Assembly (NCBI GenBank): GCA_036377655.1
Contig: DASUXZ010000098.1
Location: 1 to 37,534, forward strand
Length of the DNA: 37,534 nt
Source: Gemmatimonadales bacterium
Lineage (GTDB): Bacteria > Gemmatimonadota > Gemmatimonadetes > Gemmatimonadales > GWC2-71-9
Reading direction: 5' to 3'
Shown: positions 15,072-22,862 of the stretch, one piece after another
Position numbering within the stretch: position 1 is the stretch's first letter
How the letters are laid out: every line of letters begins with the position of its first letter
Position numbers and translations under genes: made by a program
Notes under the pieces: generated by a model
What the model was told of the DNA's origin: nothing
What the model saw: the letters and a program-made list of their open reading frames with translations, nothing else
Databases searched by the model: none

Positions 15072-16111
15072 CCGCCGATCTCCAGGATGACCTTGCCCGC
15101 CTCGCCCGCCTTGATCACGTCGATGGCATCGGCGATCCGGTCGAGCGGAAAGCGGTGGGTGATGACGGGGCGGGGGTCGAGCTGACCGGAGCGGAGGAGG
15201 CGGATCATGGCGTCCCAGGTGCCGTACATCCGCCGCCCGGTGACACCGTAGAGCGTGAGTCCCTTGAAGATGATGTCGCGGGCAAAATCCACCTCGGTGG
15301 TGCGGCTCGGCGTGCCGAGGAGGTTCACGCGGCCGCCGAGGCGGGCCGCGGCGAAGGCCTGCGCGTGCCCCGCGGGATGGCCGCTCATCTCGCAGACGAG
15401 GTCGGCGCCGTCGCCGTCGGTGAGCTCGTGCATCCGCGCCGGGACGTCGTCCGTGGCGGGATCGAGCGTGAGGTGCGCGCCCATCTTCGCCGCGAGCGCG
15501 CGCCGCGTCGGGTTGAGGTCGCTCGCGACGACGAGCGCCGCGCCGGCGGCCCGCGCGACGCCGACGGCGAAGCACCCGATCGGTCCGCAGCCGACGACGA
15601 GCACGCGGCGTCCCGGGCTCGATCCCCCTTCGAGCACCGTGTGCACGGCATTCCCCATCGGGTCCATCACCGCGCCGATCTCGGCCGGAATGCCGCCGAG
15701 GCGCATGACGTTGGCGGCCGGCATCACGATGTACTCGGCGAACGCGCCGTCGCGGTCCACGCCGATGATCTGCGTCCGCCGGCAGAGATGGCCGTCGCCG
15801 ATCCGGCACTGGAGGCAGTGCCCGCAGATGACGTGACCTTCCGCGGTGACGAGATCGCCGACCTCGAGCAGTCCCGATGCCGCCGCCTCGCGGCCGAGCT
15901 CCGCTACCTCGCCCGAGAACTCGTGGCCGATCACGAGCGGCGGGTTGAGGCGGCCGCTCGCCCACGCGTCCCATTCCCAGATGTGCAGGTCGGTGCCGCA
16001 GACACCGGCGTAATGGACCCGGATCAGCACGTCGTTCGGCCCGCAGGCGGGCTTCGGCACGTCGCGCAGCACCATCCCCGGACCCCGTGACTCCTTCACC
16101 AGTGCCCGCAT
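15068..16111 (-). CDS. tdh: L-threonine 3-dehydrogenase (zinc MDR family)
   Basis: Starting at the internal ATG 16111: MRALVKESRGPGMVLRDVPKP, VHYAGVCGTDLHIWEWD, VIGHEFSGEV, CGHCLQCRIGDGHLC, VVGCGPIG. The start lies 1 nt after the upstream stop. Confidence 0.9.
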   Translation of the reverse strand: MRALVKESRGPGMVLRDVPKPACGPNDVLIRVHYAGVCGTDLHIWEWDAWASGRLNPPLVIGHEFSGEVAELGREAAASGLLEVGDLVTAEGHVICGHCLQCRIGDGHLCRRTQIIGVDRDGAFAEYIVMPAANVMRLGGIPAEIGAVMDPMGNAVHTVLEGGSSPGRRVLVVGCGPIGCFAVGVARAAGAALVVASDLNPTRRALAAKMGAHLTLDPATDDVPARMHELTDGDGADLVCEMSGHPAGHAQAFAAARLGGRVNLLGTPSRTTEVDFARDIIFKGLTLYGVTGRRMYGTWDAMIRLLRSGQLDPRPVITHRFPLDRIADAIDVIKAGEAGKVILEIGG

Positions 16112-16112
16112 G

Positions 16113-17720
16113 TCACCTCGCCTCGAGTGATTCCGCCTCCCGGACCGCGCGGGAATATATGCCGCGCAACTCGCCGGTTGTAGCACTCGACCCGCGGGCG
16201 TAGACCACGATCGTCCCGGCCTGGAAGCGGAGCGAGAACGGCGCGGCGAGCGCCGCTCCCTTCTCGCCGAGCGCGGCGAAGGGCGGGAGGCACGCGAGGC
16301 AGGCGCCGCCCGTGCCGAGCGTGTCCTCGGTGACGACGACCGACGGCGGATGCTCGCCGAGCTCGGCCTCGAGCAGGCGGAGATAGCGGTCGCGAAGTGC
16401 CGGGGCGAGCCGCGCGCTCACCGGCGTCTCGATCTGGAAGCGGCCGGCGGCCGGCCGTCCGGCAAGGAACGCGACGGCCGGATGGTTCCATGCGAGCACC
16501 GGCCCCGGTGGAAGTGAATCCGTGATGAACGCCGCCGCTGCGCGTTCGTCGGCCGCGGTCGCGTGCCAGGAGGCGTAGCGCGCGTAATGCGATTCCGCGG
16601 AGATCCTGCCTGCCACGAAGCGCGCGGCCCGGACCGCCTCGCCGAGCGGAAAGCGGCCGAAGGTCGCGAGCGCGAGCAGGAGGAAGGTCCCGGCGAGTGC
16701 CCCCCGCGAAGGGGCGCCGGGGATCGCGGTCCCGTCCCGGTCCGGCATCGCGAGGAAGGACGCCGCGAGGATCGCGAGCACCGGCGTGAGGATGTGCAGC
16801 CGGTACGGGTAGTAGGGCCGCTGCAGCAGGACGAGTGGCAGGGCGACGCCGACCCACGCGCCGAGCAGCCACCCGGCCCTCCGGTCGATGCGCGCGACGA
16901 GCGGGATGGCGGCGACGGCGATCGGGAACGCCACGAGCAGCGCCGGATCCGCGAGTGCGCCGTACGACAGCGACGTGGCGACCGCGCCGAGAAGCCCCGC
17001 GCTGTTCTTCGCCGAATTGAACCGGATGAAGGCATCCACGTACGCGGAGAACGAGCCGGTCGCTGCGGCCACGCCGAGCCAGAGCGCGATCGGCGCGAGG
17101 AATCCTGCGGCGACCGCGAGCGCCTGGCGCGTGCGGGCCTCCGGGCGCGGATCGCAGGCGATCGCCGCGGCGGGGACGACGAGGAATGCGGCGTAGTGCG
17201 GCTTGAGGAGCGCCGTCACCGCGACGCCGGCGCCGAGGATGGCGAACCGGAGCGGCCCTGGCCGGGGATCGCCGAGGAGGAACGGGGCCGCCGCGAGCAG
17301 GAGGATCCAGGCGACCCACCCATCCGGCTGGGCCGTGTTCATGAAGCCGGTATTGGCGTAGGCGAGGACCCAGACGCCTGCGGCACCGATGCCGGCCGCG
17401 CGGCCGGCGAAACGGGAGGCGACGCGAAACACGACGGCGGCCGCGGCGAGGAGCAGCACCAGGTCGAAGAGGCGGATGCCCCACGCGCCGCGGCCGGTCA
17501 CGAGCTGCACGAGCGCGGAGGGATAGAACGACAGGGGACCCTTCACGTCGAACGCATCGCGGTACGGCATCCCGCCGCGCACGATCACGTCCCCGACCCA
17601 GGCGAAGGCGCCGTGGTCCCACCCGAACGGCCAGGTGAGCGACGCCACGGCCCAGAGCGCCGCGATGGCGGCGGCGCCTGCGATCGAAAGGCTGATGAGC
17701 GCGCGGAGTGCGCGGTGCAC
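16113..17720 (-). CDS. Polytopic GT-C-fold membrane glycosyltransferase (family 39/87-like, ArnT/PMT-like)
   Basis: 535 aa with a GTG start at 17720, 1 nt after the upstream stop. About a dozen hydrophobic segments. The first loop reads WDHGAFAWVGDVIVRGGMPYRDAFDVKGP, which resembles the D...PYRDF loop of the DUF2029/GT87 and PMT_2 families. The soluble C-terminal domain is about 130 aa. The family assignment is tentative. Confidence 0.55.
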   Translation of the reverse strand: MHRALRALISLSIAGAAAIAALWAVASLTWPFGWDHGAFAWVGDVIVRGGMPYRDAFDVKGPLSFYPSALVQLVTGRGAWGIRLFDLVLLLAAAAVVFRVASRFAGRAAGIGAAGVWVLAYANTGFMNTAQPDGWVAWILLLAAAPFLLGDPRPGPLRFAILGAGVAVTALLKPHYAAFLVVPAAAIACDPRPEARTRQALAVAAGFLAPIALWLGVAAATGSFSAYVDAFIRFNSAKNSAGLLGAVATSLSYGALADPALLVAFPIAVAAIPLVARIDRRAGWLLGAWVGVALPLVLLQRPYYPYRLHILTPVLAILAASFLAMPDRDGTAIPGAPSRGALAGTFLLLALATFGRFPLGEAVRAARFVAGRISAESHYARYASWHATAADERAAAAFITDSLPPGPVLAWNHPAVAFLAGRPAAGRFQIETPVSARLAPALRDRYLRLLEAELGEHPPSVVVTEDTLGTGGACLACLPPFAALGEKGAALAAPFSLRFQAGTIVVYARGSSATTGELRGIYSRAVREAESLEAR

Positions 17721-17721
17721 T

Positions 17722-20670
17722 TCAGGCCGGCACGGGCCGGGTCGCGGGCTCCACCCGCACCGCGCTCACCTTGAACTCGGCGATCTTGGCGTACGGGTCG
17801 AGGCGGGGATTCGTGAGGAGGTTCGCGGCCGCCTCGCGGAAATGGAAGGGGATGAAGATCTGGCCGGGCGCCTGGCGGTCCGAGATGCGCGCGCCGATGA
17901 GGATCGACGCGCGGCGGCTCGTCACCCGCATCGTGTCGCCGTCCCCGATGCCGAGGCGGATGGCGTCCGCGGGACTGATCTCCGCGACCGGCACCGGCTC
18001 GCGGGAGTCGAGGCCCTCGGAGCGGCGCGTCATCGTGCCGGTGTGCCAGTGGTACATCTGCCGGCCGGTGTTCATGATGAACGGGAACTCGTCGTCCGGC
18101 AGCTCGGCGGGCGGGAGGTACTCGACGGCGACGAACTTCGCCTTCCCGTCCGGCGTCGGGAAGCGCTCGGCGAAGAGATACGGCGTGCCGCGATGCCCCC
18201 GCTCGGGCACGGGATACTGCAGGCCCGCGCCGCGGAGGGCGTCGTAGGTGACGCCCCGCCACGACGGCGTGACCGTCGTGATCTCCGCCATCACCTCTTC
18301 CGCATCGCGCCACGGCGTCGGGAGGCCCAGGCGGTTGGAGAGGTCGATGATGATGTCGAGGTCGCGCCGGGCGTCGCCCGGCAGGGGAACCGCCGGCTCG
18401 GTGAGCTGGATGCGGCGCTCCGTATTCACGTACGTCCCGCGCTTCTCGGCGAACGACGAGCCCGGAAGCACCACGTCCGCCCATCGTGCGGTCTCGGTGA
18501 GGAAGAGGTCCTGGACCGCCAGGAACTCGAGCCCGCGCACCCACGCCTCGGCGTGCGAGATGTCGGGGTCGGAGATCACCGGGTTCTCGCCCATGATGTA
18601 GAGGCCCCGGACCCCGCTCTCCGCGGACGTCATCTCCGTGACCATGAGGCCCGGCTTGAGCGAGAGCCGCTCCTCCGGCACGCCCCAGGCGCGCGCATAC
18701 TCCGCGCGGTTGGCGGGATCGGCGACCGGCCGGTAGTCGGTGTAGGCGAAGGGAATGGCGCCGACGTCGCTCGCGCCCTGCACGTTGTTCTGGCCGCGGA
18801 TCGGCATCATCTGTGCGCCCCACCGCCCGATCATGCCGCACGCGAACAGCAGGTTGAGGAGGCTCGCGACGATGTCGGTGCCCGTCGCGTGCTGGGTGAG
18901 GCCCATCGCCCAGAGGGTCGAGGTGCGCGGGCCGCGCGCGTACATCTCCGCCGCGGCGCGGATCGTCACCGCCGGGATGCCGGTGATGCGGGAGCCGACC
19001 TCGAGCGTGTACGGCTCGACCGCCTTCTTCACCACCTCGAAGCCGTGCATCCGCTTCCCGATGAACGTCCGGTCCTCCAGCCCTTCCGCGATGATGTGGT
19101 GCAGCATCGCGTTGAAGAGGGCGACGTCGGTGCCGGGCAGCATCTGCAGGTGGATGTCGGCGAGCTCCGCGAGCTCGAGCCGCCGCGGGTCCGCGACGAT
19201 GAGGCGGGCCCCCCGGGCCACCGCGCGCTTGATGAGCGCGCCGAACACGGGGTGGGACTCGGTGGTGTTGGCCCCGGCGATGAAGATCACGTCGCACGCT
19301 TCCTCGATCTCGCGCATCGAGCCGCTCGCGGCGGCCGTGCTGAGCGCGCGGTTCATCGCCGACACCGAGGTGGAGTGGCAGAGGCGGGTGCAGTGATCGA
19401 GGTTGTTCGTGTTGATGGCGCCGCGCACCATCCGCATGAAGGCGTAGTTGTCCTCGTTGGTGCACTTGGCGGACGAGAGCGCCGCGATCGCGTCCGGGCC
19501 GTGGCGTCCGCGGATCCGGAGGAGCTCCTGCGCCGCGAGGCTCAGGGCCTCGTCCCACGTGGCTTCACGGAACGGCTCGTACCACTCCGCCGGCGTGGCG
19601 ACCCGGTCGCGCACGTCGTCGCTCCCGCGGCGGCCACGGCCGGTGAGCGGCGGCTTGCCCACCTGCCGCTCGGGCGGGCGGGGTTTCTTCTTGCGGCCGA
19701 TCTCCTCGATGAGGTGCCACGGCCCTTCGCGGTGCCGCGGCCATTCGCCGGTCCAGCGCCAGGTGCCGTTCGCGTCCCGTTCCCATCCGCGGCGGATGAG
19801 GGGCTTCGTGAGGCGGTCGCGGTGCTGGGGGAAGTCGTAGCCGAATCGTCCCTTCACGCAGGTGGAGCCCTGGTTCGGCGTGTTCTCCTCGATCCACGGC
19901 GAGGTGACGCGCATGATCCTGCCGTCGCGCGCGTGCAGGTCCACCTGGCAGCCCACGGCACAGTAGGGACAGACCGAGCGGACGACGCGCTCCGGGCTCG
20001 CGAGCTTGTCCGCCCCGAACCGCTCGCGCGGGATGAACTCGAAGATCGCGTTGGTGGGGCAGACGCGAACGCACTCGCCGCACCAGGTGCAGCCGGCGTG
20101 ATCGGGATCGCCGTCGCCACCGACGATGATCTGCGCATGGCTCCCGCGCTCGGCGACGTCGAGCACGCCCACCTGCTGGATGTCCTCGCAGGCCCGCACG
20201 CAGCGGGTGCAGAGGATGCAGAGGCTCATGTCGTGCCGGATCATCGTGTCGCCGGGGCGCTCGTCCCCGGTGCGGAGCGGGAGCGTGCGAGAGACGACGG
20301 GGCGGGGCATGACCCCGTACCGCACGACGTGCCGCTCGAACTCGTTGCGTGGCGCGGCGCGCCCGCCGTTGGCGAGGTGCTCCCCCGGGTACCGCTCGAG
20401 CAGCATGGACAGCACGCCCTGCCGGTTGGCGACCGCGGCCGGCGACTCGGTCTCCACCGTCATGCCGTCCACGGCCGCGGTGGCGCACGCCGGCACGAGC
20501 TTCCCCTGGCCTTCCACCGACACGAGGCAGAGGCGGCAGTTCCCGACGTTCGGCAGCTTCGGATACCAGCAGAGCGTGGGGACGTCCACGCCGGCCGTGC
20601 GGGCGACGTCGAGGATCGTCGCGCCCGGTTCGAAGGAATGAGTACGGCCGTCGAGCACGAGGGTCGGCAT
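17722..20670 (-). CDS. Formate dehydrogenase alpha-subunit-like molybdopterin oxidoreductase (FdhA/FdsA/YjgC type, Cys variant)
   Basis: I chose the ATG at 20670 (MPTLVLDGR). 2Fe-2S motif: CWYPKLPNVGNCRLCLV...LVPACAT. 4Fe-4S motifs: CILCTRCVRAC and CTWCGECVRVCP. Mo-bisPGD N-terminal cluster: CPYCAVGCQV. The active-site stretch RLCHSTSV has Cys where selenoproteins have Sec. A molydopterin_dinuc-binding C-terminus is present. Confidence 0.85.
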   Translation of the reverse strand: MPTLVLDGRTHSFEPGATILDVARTAGVDVPTLCWYPKLPNVGNCRLCLVSVEGQGKLVPACATAAVDGMTVETESPAAVANRQGVLSMLLERYPGEHLANGGRAAPRNEFERHVVRYGVMPRPVVSRTLPLRTGDERPGDTMIRHDMSLCILCTRCVRACEDIQQVGVLDVAERGSHAQIIVGGDGDPDHAGCTWCGECVRVCPTNAIFEFIPRERFGADKLASPERVVRSVCPYCAVGCQVDLHARDGRIMRVTSPWIEENTPNQGSTCVKGRFGYDFPQHRDRLTKPLIRRGWERDANGTWRWTGEWPRHREGPWHLIEEIGRKKKPRPPERQVGKPPLTGRGRRGSDDVRDRVATPAEWYEPFREATWDEALSLAAQELLRIRGRHGPDAIAALSSAKCTNEDNYAFMRMVRGAINTNNLDHCTRLCHSTSVSAMNRALSTAAASGSMREIEEACDVIFIAGANTTESHPVFGALIKRAVARGARLIVADPRRLELAELADIHLQMLPGTDVALFNAMLHHIIAEGLEDRTFIGKRMHGFEVVKKAVEPYTLEVGSRITGIPAVTIRAAAEMYARGPRTSTLWAMGLTQHATGTDIVASLLNLLFACGMIGRWGAQMMPIRGQNNVQGASDVGAIPFAYTDYRPVADPANRAEYARAWGVPEERLSLKPGLMVTEMTSAESGVRGLYIMGENPVISDPDISHAEAWVRGLEFLAVQDLFLTETARWADVVLPGSSFAEKRGTYVNTERRIQLTEPAVPLPGDARRDLDIIIDLSNRLGLPTPWRDAEEVMAEITTVTPSWRGVTYDALRGAGLQYPVPERGHRGTPYLFAERFPTPDGKAKFVAVEYLPPAELPDDEFPFIMNTGRQMYHWHTGTMTRRSEGLDSREPVPVAEISPADAIRLGIGDGDTMRVTSRRASILIGARISDRQAPGQIFIPFHFREAAANLLTNPRLDPYAKIAEFKVSAVRVEPATRPVPA

Positions 20671-20760
20671 GCGCAGTCCGCGTGGAAGGGGCTTCCACTC
20701 GATAGTAGGCGGCGGCGATGGAGGGAGCAAGAGCGCTGCGGCGCCCCGCGCAACCTGCGG

Positions 20761-21618
20761 TCAGCGCTGCGCTTCTGCCGGCTGGCCGAGGTCGAGGGCG
20801 GGGGCGGTGAGGACCACGCCGGGGCTCCGGCGAGCGGCCCCGCGGCGGCGGGACCGGGCGACTTCGTCGCGGCACCAGCCGCAGTAGTCGCCGAGGAACG
20901 CCTCCGGCGCGAGCCCATCCGCGCTCGGGAGGATCACGTGCACGCCCGCCGGCGAGGTGAGGCCCTGCAGCTCGGCGAGGAAGCCGCTGCGGGTGGCCGC
21001 ATCGATGTCGCCGAGCGTGCCCGCATCGAGCACCACGAGGTCGAACGGCGCGGCGAAGGCGGGGAGCCAGCAGCCGGGCTGCACGAAGTAGCAGTCGGCC
21101 GACGAGGCGAGCCCTTCGTCGGCGAGCCCGGCCTCGACCCGCTCGACCACGCCGATGTCCGGGGCGATGAACGTGAGGGTGGTATCGTAGGCCGCGAGGA
21201 GGTAGGCGGCCCCCGCGACGCCGCTTCCCACGACGAGCGTCATGTCCTCCGGCTCGAGGCGCGGAAGGAGCGCGGCGAGCGCGCTGTCGGGCTCGAGGCT
21301 CCAGTGCGTCGGCTCGCGCTGCGCCTTCCGGAGCCGCGTGTACTGCTGCTTCCAGCGCCCGAACGGCGGCAGCTTGAGCCGGCGCACGATGAGCCGGTCC
21401 ACGGCTTCCTGCGCGAGGACCTCGGTGAGCAGGAACTGCCCCTCGTGGCTGTCCTGCATCTCGGCCACGGCCTCGTTCGCGAGGTCGAGGAGGCGGGTGC
21501 GTCCGATCGAGTTCTTGTACGTCTCGATCCGCTCGAGCACGTACTCCTGGTACTGCTGCTTGAGCGACGGGAGCGGGCGCCGCTGGCGGGCGCGGACGAC
21601 GTCGGCGCCCCTCAGCAT
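20761..21618 (-). CDS. Hypothetical protein; helical N-terminal domain plus Rossmann-like (methyltransferase-like?) C-terminal half
   Basis: 285 aa. The ATG at 21618 is embedded in the CDF gene end (ccATGcTGA). There is a Gly-rich loop MTLVVGSGVAGAAYLLA, then TFIAPD and FDLVVLDAG. I could not assign a family confidently. Confidence 0.5.
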   Translation of the reverse strand: MLRGADVVRARQRRPLPSLKQQYQEYVLERIETYKNSIGRTRLLDLANEAVAEMQDSHEGQFLLTEVLAQEAVDRLIVRRLKLPPFGRWKQQYTRLRKAQREPTHWSLEPDSALAALLPRLEPEDMTLVVGSGVAGAAYLLAAYDTTLTFIAPDIGVVERVEAGLADEGLASSADCYFVQPGCWLPAFAAPFDLVVLDAGTLGDIDAATRSGFLAELQGLTSPAGVHVILPSADGLAPEAFLGDYCGWCRDEVARSRRRGAARRSPGVVLTAPALDLGQPAEAQR

Positions 21619-22487
21619 GGCTCCACGTGGACCACGACTTCGTGCAGGTCGAGGCGGTCGCGGAGGAGCTGCTCCACCTCGTCGGCGATCCGGTGGGCGC
21701 TCTCGACGTCGGCGCGCCCGTCGACGGAGATCGTGAGCTCCGCGAACCGGGCCGCCCCGGCGATGCGCGAGCGGATCGCGTAGGCGGCATGGACCCCGGT
21801 CACCTGCTCGGCCTCGGTGCGGATCGTGGCGGCCTCGTAGGCGCGCTCGTCCACGAGCGTGGGGATGGCCCGGCGCACGATCTCGTAGCCGGTCCGCGCG
21901 ACGAGCAGGGCGACGATGATGGCGAGGACCGGGTCCGCCCAGGCGAGGCCCGCGGCCGAGAGGGCGAGCCCGCCGAGCACGGCGAGCGTGATGAAGACAT
22001 CGGTCCGCGTGTGCATCGCGTCGGCGATGAGCAGCTCGCTGCCGAGCCTCCGGCCCGCGCGCGATTCCCCCACCGCGACGGCGACGTTCACCAGCAGGGT
22101 GAGGACGAGGAGGACGACCGCGGTCGCGTCCACGTCGAGCGCCCGGCCGCCGCCGATGAGCCGGACGGTGGCTCCGCGGAGCAGCTCGAAGATGGACACG
22201 GAGAGGAAGACGACGATGAGCAGCGCGCCGAGTGTCTCGAACTTGGCATGACCATAGGGGTGCTCGGCGTCGGGGCCTTTCGAGGCCACGCCGATGATGG
22301 CGAGGCCGAGGACATTGTTGACGGCATCCACGGCGGATTGCATCCCGTCCCCCAGGACGGCGAGGGACCCGCTGGCGACGCCGACGATGACCTTGACCGT
22401 GACGACGAAGAGATTCGCGATGAGGATGCCGACCAGGACGCGGCGGATCCCGATGTTCCGGGTCGTCGCGTCAACCGGGCTCGGCAT
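21612..22487 (-). CDS. Cation diffusion facilitator (CDF) family metal efflux transporter
   Basis: I chose the internal ATG 22487 (MPSPVDATTRNIGIRRVLVGILIANLF). Motifs: GSLAVLGDGMQSAVDAVNN, HPYGHAKFETLGAL, LLIADAMHTRTDVFITLAV. The C-terminal cytoplasmic domain ends ...LHEVVVHVEPC. Confidence 0.85.
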   Translation of the reverse strand: MPSPVDATTRNIGIRRVLVGILIANLFVVTVKVIVGVASGSLAVLGDGMQSAVDAVNNVLGLAIIGVASKGPDAEHPYGHAKFETLGALLIVVFLSVSIFELLRGATVRLIGGGRALDVDATAVVLLVLTLLVNVAVAVGESRAGRRLGSELLIADAMHTRTDVFITLAVLGGLALSAAGLAWADPVLAIIVALLVARTGYEIVRRAIPTLVDERAYEAATIRTEAEQVTGVHAAYAIRSRIAGAARFAELTISVDGRADVESAHRIADEVEQLLRDRLDLHEVVVHVEPC

Positions 22488-22494
22488 GCGCTCC

Positions 22495-22523
22495 AAATTC
22501 GCAAATGGCCCGGGCGGTGTCAA
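22495..22523 (-). promoter_or_regulatory. Candidate promoter for the CDF operon
   Basis: The minus strand reads TTGACA (22523-22518), 17 nt, GAATTT (22500-22495), then 7 nt (ggagcgc) before the ATG at 22487. The -10 is weak. This implies either a leaderless or a very short leader. Confidence 0.3.
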
Positions 22524-22549
22524 CGGAGGGGCGGGCGGGACGCCGGCTC

Positions 22550-22578
22550 TTGCGCTTAGATATTTAGACAAATATCTT
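22550..22578 (+). promoter_or_regulatory. Candidate promoter of the ArsR/SdpR-like gene (leaderless geometry)
   Basis: TTGCGC (22550-22555), 17 nt, TATCTT (22573-22578), then only 7 nt before the ATG at 22586. There is no Shine-Dalgarno sequence. Confidence 0.4.
22558..22577. promoter_or_regulatory. AT-rich palindromic operator AGATATTT-agac-AAATATCT
   Basis: Perfect 8-bp inverted arms at 22558-22565 and 22570-22577. This is an AT island in GC-rich DNA. It overlaps the spacer and -10 of the candidate promoter, immediately upstream of an ArsR-family gene. Confidence 0.6.
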
Positions 22579-22585
22579 AGCGTCC

Positions 22586-22861
22586 ATGGACAAGCCCTTC
22601 CGCGCCCTCGCCGACCCCACCCGGCGGCGCATCCTCGAGCTCCTGAAGGAGCGCGACCTCGCCGCCGGCGACATCGCCGCCGAGTTCCCCATCGCCTGGG
22701 CCTCGGTGTCGCACCACCTGCAGGTGCTCAGGGACGCCGGCCTGGTGCTCGCCGAGCGGAACGGGCAGTCGATCCGGTACTCGCTCAACACCACCGTCTT
22801 CCAGGAGGTGATCCGTCACCTCCTGGAGATCGCCCCCACCCGCAAGAAGAAAGGAGGCTGA
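22586..22861 (+). CDS. ArsR/SmtB-family winged-helix repressor (SdpR-like, no obvious metal site)
   Basis: 91 aa. Motifs: FRALADPTRRRILELL, AAGDIAAEFPIAWASVSHHLQVLRDAGLV, RNGQSIRYSL. It has no Cys and no ELCVCD-type or alpha5 His/Asp cluster. Confidence 0.85.
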   Translation: MDKPFRALADPTRRRILELLKERDLAAGDIAAEFPIAWASVSHHLQVLRDAGLVLAERNGQSIRYSLNTTVFQEVIRHLLEIAPTRKKKGG

Positions 22862-22862
22862 C

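Noticed and set aside
15072-15974. The N-terminal ~300 codons of the 856-aa track ORF 13404..15974.
   Set aside because: This segment is an out-of-frame shadow of tdh (Arg/Pro/His-rich). Recognisable formyltransferase-like sequence begins right after the tdh stop, so I trimmed the gene to a TTG at 15071. The exact start remains uncertain.
17722-20670. Selenocysteine recoding in the formate-dehydrogenase-like gene.
   Set aside because: The ORF is uninterrupted. The position that aligns with Sec in selenoenzymes reads Cys (RLCHSTSV), and there is no in-frame TGA or downstream SECIS-like hairpin to explain.
17635-21783. A 1382-aa + strand ORF running antisense to the FDH-like, hypothetical and CDF genes. 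Similar long shadow ORFs occur at 3683..5401(-), 6465..8060(-), 13383..15185(+), 26454..29039(+), 29104..30714(-), 30768..32879(+) and 35105..36718(-).
   Set aside because: The translations are Arg/Ala/Gly/Pro/Asp-rich and low in complexity, with no motif I recognise. Each is mirrored by an opposite-strand ORF with unambiguous family signatures. Stop codons are rare in all frames of very GC-rich DNA, so length alone is not evidence.
22586-22861. The ArsR-family protein as a metal sensor controlling the divergent CDF efflux gene (CzrA/SmtB paradigm).
   Set aside because: The protein has no cysteine and lacks the alpha3N (ELCVCD) and alpha5 (D/H-x-H...H/E) metal-ligand patterns. It is translationally linked to an SdpI-family gene. 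The palindrome sits over its own promoter rather than the candidate CDF promoter. Metal regulation is not excluded, but the sequence does not support it.
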